This document shows, in pieces, positions 1-6,021 of a DNA stretch of 7,409 nt. The notes beneath the pieces are model-generated. The model did not search any database. It was not told the DNA's origin and worked only from the letters and a program-made list of their open reading frames with translations. This DNA is from Octopus sinensis. Lineage: Eukaryota. The position numbers were made by a program, and so were the translations under genes. Location of the stretch: positions 1-7,409 of the forward strand of contig NW_021828888.1 of the NCBI RefSeq assembly GCF_006345805.1, given 5' to 3'. Within the stretch, counting starts at the first letter, position 1; each line of letters begins with the position of its first letter.

Positions 1-575
1 GCCATTGCCAACATCACCAAACACCACCACTACCACCACCACCATCGCCACCACCTCCATCACCACCACCACCACCATCACTACCACCACCATCATCACC
101 ACCATCACCATTATCAACATCACCATAATCATCGCCATCGTGGCCATTGCCAACATCACCACCACCATCATCACTACCACTACCACCACCATCACTACCA
201 CCACCATCACTACCACAACCATCACCACCACCACCATCACCGCCACCACAACCACCATCACCATCACTACCATCACCACCATCACCATCACCATTATCAA
301 CATCACCATAATCATCGCCATCACAAACATCACTACCACCACCACCACCATCACCACCACCACCACCATCACCACCACCACCACCACCTCCATCAACATC
401 ATCGTCCTCATTTTCATCGTCATCATTTTCTCCCTTTTCTTCTACTCCCATCATCGTTATCATCATCACCATCATTATTATCATCGTCGTCGTGGTCCAC
501 GTTCGAAACCACCATCGCCGCTACCATATTCCGTATCATCATCATCAGCAGCAACATCACACCAGCACTAGCACC
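1..575. repeat. Compound (ACC/ATC/ACT)n trinucleotide low-complexity tract
   Basis: Continuous in-phase CAC/CAT/ACC triplets. This explains the Thr/Ile-rich (+) and Gly/Asp-rich (-) ORF-track calls. Confidence 0.95.
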
Positions 576-711
576 ACCACACCTCGGCTCCCCCCCTCTT
601 CTTTCTCATAATCACCGTTCGTTGGCAGCAATTTTGGTGGCGTACACGCACAGCTGTGTACGATCAGATGCTGGCAACGAAAGAACTACATGGGAGGGAG
701 AGAGACTAGAT

Positions 712-1121
712 GTTAGTTAGGTTAAGTTAATTTTTTGGCTCAAAAAGCAAAAAGCAAGGCCATGTAGGGGGGACATGGAGTTATGTACAGGGAGGGTGTT
801 CATGTAAAGAGTTCAGGCCATTTGTGGTCAAGGGAGACTTTGAACCGAGCGGTCGTCGGCATCTTCACCATCTCGTCCGGCAGCTTATTCCACGGATCCG
901 CAACCCGGACGGAGAAAGCCCCTCTCCTTCGATTGAGATGAAATCGTCGCAGATAGAGCTTTTCGGAGTGACCCCGCAGCCGACGCTCTGGAGCAGGAGT
1001 GAAGAACAGCTCTTCCGAGGGGTTACACTTTCTGCTTATGATGTCGTGAGCAAGAATGAGATCACCACGGCGTCGTTGGGTTTTTTAAAGAATAAAGGTC
1101 GAGCGTCTTCAACCATTCTTC

Positions 1122-1123
<2 letters not shown>
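712..1123 (-). mobile_element. 5'-truncated CR1-type (CR1/L2 group) non-LTR retrotransposon 3' end: ORF2 C-terminus, 3'UTR and short-repeat tail
   Basis: The minus-strand translation matches the CR1-type ORF2 C-terminal pattern (EExLKxLxLYSL..RRRGDLI ... RGH..KL ... FSxRV...WNxLP ... FK..LD). It is followed by a ~70-nt 3'UTR with hairpin CCATGT-N7-ACATGG (760-778) and a (TAAC/TTAAC/CTAAC)-type tail (712-730). Confidence 0.9.
800..1120 (-). pseudogene. CR1-type ORF2 (reverse transcriptase C-terminal region) remnant with one frameshift
   Basis: Manual translation gives EEWLKTLDLYSLK, then a +1 frameshift in the A-run near 1079-1086. It continues QRRRGDLILAHDIISRKCNPSEELFFTPAPERRLRGHSEKLYLRRFHLNRRRGAFSVRVADPWNKLPDEMVKMPTTARFKVSLDHKWPELFT* (1078 to TGA at 802-800; 92 codons, no stop). 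Confidence 0.88.

Positions 1124-1184
<61 letters not shown>
1122..1184. repeat. (AGAT)3(AG)n microsatellite at the CR1 5' truncation point
   Basis: Directly visible. Confidence 0.97.
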
Positions 1185-1189
<5 letters not shown>

Positions 1190-1222
1190 GCAGAAAGAGA
1201 AGAATAATATATACAGAAAGAC

Positions 1223-1633
1223 GGCGAGCTGGCAGAGACGTTAGCACGCCGGGCGAAATGCTCAGCGGTATTTCGTCTGTCGTTACGTTCTGAGTTCAAA
1301 TTCCGCCGAGGTCGACTTTGTCTTTCATCCTTTCGGGATCGATAAATTAAGTACCAGTTATGCACTGGGGTCGAGGTAATTAACTTAGTCCCTTTGTCTG
1401 TCCTTGTTTGTCCCCTCTTTGTTTAGCCCCTTGTGGGTAATAAAGAAATAGGTATTTCGTCTGTCGTTACGTTGTGAGTTCAAATTCCGCCGCGGTTGAC
1501 TTTGCCTTTCATCCTTTCGGGGTCGATAAATTAAGTACCAGGTATGCACTGGGGTCGATGTAATTGACTTAATACCTATGTCTGTCCTTGTTTGTCCCCT
1601 CTATGTTTAGCCCCTTGTGGGTAGTAAAGAAAT
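1223..1633 (+). mobile_element. tRNA-derived SINE family A, dimeric form (head + body, then a second 184-bp body), flanked by a 16-bp TSD
   Basis: A-box-like TGGCAGAGACG (1230-1240) and B box GTTCAAATTCC (1294-1304). The unit 1267-1450 is repeated at 1451-1634. Direct repeat ATATATACAGAAAGAC at 1207-1222 and 1634-1649. Confidence 0.92.
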
Positions 1634-1649
1634 ATATATACAGAAAGAC

Positions 1650-2368
1650 ATAGATAGATGGATAGTTACAGAGTGAGAGAGAGAGATAGTGAGGGAGGGT
1701 AGGAGAGAGTAAAGGCGAAATATGGAGAAAAAAGTGAGGGGGTGATGTACATAGAGAGACGGAGATAGATAGATAGAAGGAAAGAGAGGAGGGAGAGAGA
1801 GACTGAGAAAGAGACATAGAGAAAGCCAGCGAAATATGGAGAAAGAGAGGAATAATATATACAGAAAGATATAGATAGATAGATGGATGGATGGAGAGAG
1901 AGGGAGAGAGGGATGGAGAAAAAGTGAGGGGTGATATACATAGAGAGAGGGAGATTGATGGTAAGATTAGGAAAGAGAGAGAGAGAGAGGAAGGATGTGA
2001 GAGGGAGAGAGAAAGGAAGAGAGAGAGAGAAAAGAGGGGAGAGAGAGATAGGAAGAGAGAGAGACAAAGGACGTGAGAGGGAGAGAGATAGGAAGAGAGA
2101 GACAGAGAAAAGAGAGGAGAGAGAGAGGAGATGAGTGAGAGAGAAAAAAGAGGGAAGAGAGATGAAGGACGTGAGAGGGAGAGAGATAGGAAGAGAGAGA
2201 GAGAAAAGAGAGGAGAGAGAGAGGAGATGAGTGAGAGAGAAAAAAGAGGGAAGAGAGATGAAGGACGTGAGAGGGAGAGAGATAGCAAGAGAGAGAGAGA
2301 GAAAAGAGAGGGGAGAGAGACAAAGGACGTGAGAGGGAGAGAGATAGGAAGAGAGAGAGAGAGAGAGA
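1650..2368. repeat. GA-rich compound micro/minisatellite with higher-order units, including a ~96-bp tandem duplication
   Basis: Recurrent AAGGA(C/T)GTGAGAGGGAGAGAGA units near 1991, 2067, 2165, 2261 and 2323. ATGAGTGAGAGAGAAAAAAGAGGGAAGAGAGATG occurs at 2131 and 2227 (period 96). Confidence 0.93.
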
Positions 2369-2716
2369 TTCAGGGTTCTGTTCCCAAGAAAATGATGAGA
2401 AAACCTAGGTGTGTAGAGTTGATAGCAATACAGAAGAAACTGATTAGTGGCACACAGACTGACAGCTAGACTGACAGACAGACGAGTAGGCAGGTAGGCA
2501 GAGAGGGCCGTAAAAGGAGAGGACCTGTTCTATAATAGCAGCTAATGGCTACTCTCTATTGAAGTGATTAAAGATAATTTCGCCCAGTTTGGTTGTCAGT
2601 CGTGACAAAAGGCACGCATTAGGCTACAGGAGATTCTTGTCAATGTTCCAATTGGTGAAAGTGAGGAGAGAGAAAGAGAAAACGATAGAGTTTTTAAGAC
2701 AATATATACACGTATG

Positions 2717-2857
2717 GTGGAGGCGCAATGGCCCAGTGGTTAGGGCAGCGGAATGGCGGTCGTAGGATCGCGGTTTCGATTCCCAGACCGGGCGTTGTGA
2801 GTGTTTATTGAGCGAAAACACCTAAAAGCTCCACGAGGCTCCGGCAGGGGGTGGTGG
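2717..2857 (+). mobile_element. SINE family B, 5' half only (part of a 161-bp tandem duplication)
   Basis: A box TGGCCCAGTGG (2729-2739) and B box GGTTTCGATTCCC (2772-2784). The unit 2697-2857 is repeated at 2858-3018 with 3 mismatches seen by eye. Confidence 0.9.
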
Positions 2858-2877
2858 AGACAATATATACACGTATG

Positions 2878-3176
2878 GTGGAGGCGCAATGGCCCAGTGG
2901 TTAGGGCAGCGGAATGGCGGTCGTAGGATCGCAGTTTCGATTCCCAGACCTGGCGTTGTGAGTGTTTATTGAGCGAAAACACCTAAAAGCTCCACGAGGC
3001 TCCGGCAGGGGGTGGGGGTGATCCCTGCTGTACTCTTTCACCACTCTTTCTCCCACTCTTTCTTCTGTTGGCCTGCTCGCTTAGCCAGCGGGGTGGCGTC
3101 ATTCGAAGGCTAAAACAATGCGAACGCATTGTGACCAGCGATGTATAACTACATCTGATGAACTGGTCGGAAAAAA
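2878..3176 (+). mobile_element. tRNA-derived SINE family B, apparently full length, with short A tail and 13-bp TSD
   Basis: A box at 2890-2900, B box at 2933-2945, A-run at 3171-3177. Direct repeat ATATACACGTATG at 2865-2877 and 3177-3189. Confidence 0.88.
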
Positions 3177-3220
3177 ATATACACGTATGTACACAGAAAA
3201 CTCACATACACACGCACACA

Positions 3221-3633
3221 TACTCTTTTACTCTTTTCTCTTTTACTTGTTTCAGTCATTTAACTGCGGCCATGCTGGAGCACCGCTTTTAATCGAGCAA
3301 CTCGACCCCGGGACTTATTCTTTTTTGTAAGCCCAGGACTTATTCTATCGGTCTCTTTTGCCGAACCGCTAAGTTACGGGGACATAAGCACACCAGCATC
3401 GGTTGTCAAGCAATGCTAGAGGGACAAACACAGACACACAAACACACACACACACACATACATATATACGACAGGCTTCTTTCAGTTTCCGTCTACCAAA
3501 TCCACTCACAAGGCATTGGTCGGCCCGAGGCTATAGTAGAAGACACTTGCCCAAGGTGCCACGCAGTGGGACTGAACCTGAAACCAAGTGATTGGTAAAC
3601 AAGCTACTGACCACACAGCCACTCCTGCGCCTA
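3221..3633 (-). mobile_element. tRNA-derived CORE-like SINE family C (resembles octopus OR-type SINEs), full length, copy C1
   Basis: The reverse complement starts GGCGCAGGAGTGGCTGTGTGG (A box), then GGTTCAGTCCC (B box) and CORE-like ACCTTGGGCAAGTGTCTT (3540-3557). It has an internal (TG/TA)n tract, a GCGGTGCTCCAGCATGGCCGCAG 3' region and an (AAAAGAGT)n tail. It is collinear with 4036-4459. The OR naming is from recall only. Confidence 0.9.
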
Positions 3634-4034
3634 TGATGAGAAACGGCTTCAATACCCCACGACGTTTGAACATTTTGAACTTTTCTAAAACGTTTTGTTT
3701 CCAATTGTCATTTCCCTTTCTCTCGTCCTCTTTTCTCTCCTTTCTTTCTCTTTTCTTCTCGTTTTTTCAATCATGCCCGATTACAAACCTTTCCTCCTCT
3801 ACCTTCACCAACGCCTAAAAACCCCCACCTTTCCACACTCCCTTTCTGCTTCTTTCAACCTTTTATTAACCTTTCCGCCTCCATTTCCACGTCAGTCCCC
3901 ACTCTGCTTTCCTTTCTGTTGAAGAGCGTAAGCTCGAAACGTAAAAGACTTTTTCACTTCTCGAGCGCTAAACTAATACATGTTTGTGGTTTACCTTCGT
4001 CTTTTGTTATTTTTTTTTGTAAACATCACTATAT
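3634..4034 (+). mobile_element. Probable Penelope-like element 3' region (pyrimidine-rich UTR/pseudo-LTR with hammerhead-like motif)
   Basis: A CT-rich tract leads into CTGTTGAAGAGCGTAAGCTCGAAACGTAAAAG. Minimal hammerhead motifs at the 3' end are characteristic of Penelope-like elements. No convincing RT or GIY-YIG ORF is retained. Confidence 0.5.
3912..3947 (+). ncRNA. Minimal type I hammerhead-like motif with variant core (CUGUUGA instead of CUGANGA)
   Basis: Stem I CUUU (3912-3915)/AAAG (3944-3947); core CUGUUGA plus an extra A (3916-3923); stem II GAGC-GUAA-GCUC (3924-3935); GAAA (3936-3939); ACGU palindrome in place of stem III; GUA cleavage triplet (3941-3943). Confidence 0.55.
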
Positions 4035-4035
4035 G

Positions 4036-4459
4036 GGTGTAGGAGTGGCCCTGTGGTAAGTAGCTAGCATACGAACCACATGGTTCCGGGTTCTGGCCCA
4101 CTGCGTTGCACCTTGGTCAAGTGTCTTCTGATATAGCTCCGGGCCGACCAAAGCCTTGTGGGTGGATTTGGTAGACGGAAACTGAAAGAAGCCCGTCGCA
4201 TATATGTATATATATGTATATGTATGTATGTGTGTGTGTGTCTGTGTGTGTACCTTTGTGTGTCTGTGTTTGTCCCCCTAGCATTGCTTGACAACCGATG
4301 CTGGTGTGTTTACGTCACCGTAACTTAGCGGTTCGGCAAAAAAGACCGATAGAATAAGTACTGGGCATACAGAGAATAAGTCCTGAGGTCGATTTGCTCG
4401 ACTAAAGGCGGTGCTCCAGCATGGCCACAGTCAAATGACTGAAAAAGTAAGTAAAAGTA
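4036..4459 (+). mobile_element. SINE family C, full length, copy C2
   Basis: A box TGGCCCTGTGG (4046-4056), B-box-like GGTTCTGGCCC (4089-4099), CORE-like ACCTTGGTCAAGTGTCTT, internal (TA/TG)n and AAAAGTA-type tail. Confidence 0.92.
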
Positions 4460-4507
<48 letters not shown>

Positions 4508-4530
4508 CATACATACATACATATATACAC
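4460..4530. repeat. (TA)n(TACA)n microsatellite between SINE C2 and C3
   Basis: Directly visible. It probably doubles as the internal microsatellite of the inverted copy C3. Confidence 0.95.
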
Positions 4531-4533
4531 GCA

Positions 4534-4601
4534 CGACGGGCTTCTTTCCGTTTCCGTCTACCAAATCCACTCACAAAGCTTTGGTCAGCCTGAGGCTATA
4601 G
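4534..4601 (-). mobile_element. SINE family C internal fragment (C3), inverted relative to C2
   Basis: The reverse complement CTATAGCCTCAGGCTGACCAAAGCTTTGTGAGTGGATTTGGTAGACGGAAACGGAAAGAAGCCCGTCG matches C2 ~4130-4198. Confidence 0.9.
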
Positions 4602-4622
4602 ACTATTTGAAGTAAGATATTT

Positions 4623-4723
4623 GTTATGTATCATCTGATGAAAGCGGTTTTTCTTAGTTATGATGTAATGCAATCATTAATCTATTTAAGAAATCCGTTG
4701 GAAACAGCTGTAATGAAGTGGCG
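4623..4723 (+). ncRNA. Type I hammerhead ribozyme fold (Penelope/retrozyme-style minimal stem III) in a ~100-bp module
   Basis: CUGAUGA (4635-4641); long imperfect stem II (4643-4699: AGCGG/CCGUU, UUUCUUAG/UUAAGAAA, AUGAU/AUCAU); GAAA (4701-4704); palindromic ACAGCUGU stem III (4704-4711); GUA cleavage triplet (4710-4712); stem I UCAU (4631-4634)/AUGA (4713-4716). The base of stem II is a non-canonical A/G juxtaposition. Confidence 0.75.
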
Positions 4724-4731
4724 AGATATTT

Positions 4732-4951
4732 ACCTGTTCATTGCTATTGTGGAGGTCTTATAGCACAGTTCTACCTGCATCATTCCTCTTCCTCCATTAA
4801 TTCTAGGTAGCTATAGACGATCAACTTCTGCTTTTGGGTGGTGCATCTTAAGAAGTTAGTAGTTTTCTTGTCTTCCTGTTCAGGCATTGGAGTTCTGTAA
4901 GATTCCAGTTAATGATGTTGGAAGTGCCAGAGTGTTAATGGCTTCGATGCG
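4732..4951 (-). mobile_element. R4/Dong-type (RLE-clade) non-LTR retrotransposon fragment 1: degenerate late-RT/post-RT coding segment
   Basis: Manual translation across two frameshifts: RIEAINTLALP / NIINWNLTELQCLNRKTRKLLTS / KMHHPKAEVDRL*LPRINGGRGMMQVELCYKTSTIAMNR. This matches the R4-clade pattern AINT..P...W...L..L.RKTRKL.T....HP...VDRLYLPR..GGRG. The 5' end abuts (AAT)n. Confidence 0.85.
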
Positions 4952-5028
4952 ATTATTATTATTATTATTATTATTGTTGTTGTTGTTGGTCTTCTTCTTC
5001 TTCTTCTTCTTGTGGTTGTTGTTGTTAA
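4952..5028. repeat. (TTA)n(TTG)n(TTC)n trinucleotide tract
   Basis: Directly visible. Confidence 0.95.
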
Positions 5029-5233
5029 GGCGACGAGCTGGCAGAATCGTTAGCACGACGGATGAAATACTTTGCGGTATTTTGCTACGTTCTGAGTTCA
5101 AATTCCGCCGAGGTTGACTTTGACTTTCATCCTTTCGGGGTCGATAAATTAAGTACCATTTGCCTACTGGGGTCCATGTAATCGACTCGCCTTCTACCAC
5201 CAAATTGCTGCCCTTGTGGCAAAATTTGAAACC
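5029..5233 (+). mobile_element. SINE family A variant (A'): same head and core, different 3' tail, followed by (ATT)n
   Basis: Collinear with family A from GGCGACGAGCTGGCAGAATCG to ATGTAATCGACT (~5187), then diverges into CGCCTTCTACCACCAAATTGCTGCCCTTGTGGCAAAATTTGAAACC. Confidence 0.88.
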
Positions 5234-5264
5234 ATTATTATTATTGTTGTTATTATTATTATTA

Positions 5265-5295
<31 letters not shown>

Positions 5296-5316
5296 CATTA
5301 TTATTATTATTATTAA
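5234..5316. repeat. (ATT)n tract between two SINEs
   Basis: Directly visible. Confidence 0.96.
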
Positions 5317-5726
5317 GGTGGCGAGCTGGCAGAATCGTTAGCACGCCGGGCGAAATGCTCAGCGGTATTTCGTCTGCCGTTACGATCTGAGTTCAAATTC
5401 CACCGAGGTTGACTTTGCCTTTCATCCTTTCGAGGTCGATACATTAAGGATCAGTTACGCACTGGGGTTGATGTAATCGACTCAATCCCTTTGTCTGTCC
5501 TTGTTTGTCCCCTCTGTGTTTAGCCCCTTGTGGGTAGTAAAGAAATAGGTATTTCGTCAGTCGCTACGTTCTGAGTTCAAATTCCACCGAGGTCGACTTT
5601 GCCTTTCATCCTTTCGGGGTCGATAAACTAAGTACCAGTTACGCACTGGGGTCGATGTAATCGACTTAATCCATTTGTCTGTCCTTGTTTGACCCCTCTA
5701 TGTTTAGCCCCTTGTTGGCAATAAAG
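5317..5726 (+). mobile_element. SINE family A dimer, second locus
   Basis: Head at 5317-5363, body at 5364-5547 (184 bp), second body from 5548. The junction AAAGAAATA|GGTATTTCGTC is identical to that at 1450/1451. Confidence 0.92.
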
Positions 5727-5756
5727 TATTAAATTATTATTATTATTGTTATTATT

Positions 5757-5973
5757 CTTCAGTAGTTTTATTTTTATAGCGTGCTTTCACTTCACTACCG
5801 AGCGCAGCTCTGTGTGCCTTGGGTATGTGCTGTGGTTTGCTGTGATGCTCTTATTTTTACTGTATCGAAAGTGTTTTACGTAGGATGTGTGCAGTGCCTA
5901 GTAGTGCAATTTTCTGTATGTTATATGTGTTTGTAAGTCCTGGTGTTTTTGTTATGTATTTGTCTGAATATTT
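5757..5973 (-). mobile_element. R4/Dong-type LINE fragment 2: extreme C-terminus plus 3'UTR, flanked by (TAA)n on both sides
   Basis: 5973-5857 translates without disruption as KYSDKYITKTPGLTNTYNIQKIALLGTAHILRKTLSIQ* (QK.ALLGTAHILR is the typical R4-clade terminus). A ~100-nt 3'UTR ends ACTACTGAAGAATAATAAC. Confidence 0.87.
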
Positions 5974-6021
5974 TTATTATTATTATTAGTTTTTTTTAGT
6001 TTGTATTATTATTATTATTAT
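5974..6021. repeat. Interrupted (TTA)n tract
   Basis: Directly visible. Confidence 0.9.

Noticed and set aside
5-571. 188-aa Thr-rich (mucin-like) ORF and the antisense Gly/Asp-rich ORF
   Set aside because: Stop-free frames are expected in CAC/CAT triplet arrays. There is no domain, signal peptide or splice evidence.
824-1135. 103-aa plus-strand ORF
   Set aside because: It is the antisense shadow of the CR1 ORF2 remnant.
1569-2469. Several Ser/Leu- and Arg/Glu-rich ORFs
   Set aside because: They are translations of GA/TC repeats.
2369-2696. Unique-looking segment as a possible host exon
   Set aside because: No recognisable protein motif or convincing splice-site pair was found in the frames examined.
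2697-3018. CRISPR-like or tRNA gene interpretation of the tandem repeats and A/B boxes
   Set aside because: The repeats are 161-184-bp SINE units without spacers. The heads lack a complete cloverleaf and continue into SINE bodies, and the context is eukaryotic.
3155-3173. CTGATGA...GAAA at the 3' end of SINE B
   Set aside because: The intervening ACTGGTCG cannot form stem II, the GAAA comes from the A tail, and there is no stem III/I.
3645-3690. TPRRLNILNF as a Penelope GIY-YIG ORF terminus
   Set aside because: Too short and degenerate to support on its own.
3916-4712. The two hammerhead motifs as paired LTRs of one retrozyme
   Set aside because: Their stems, palindromes and flanks are unrelated in sequence, and SINE copies lie between them.
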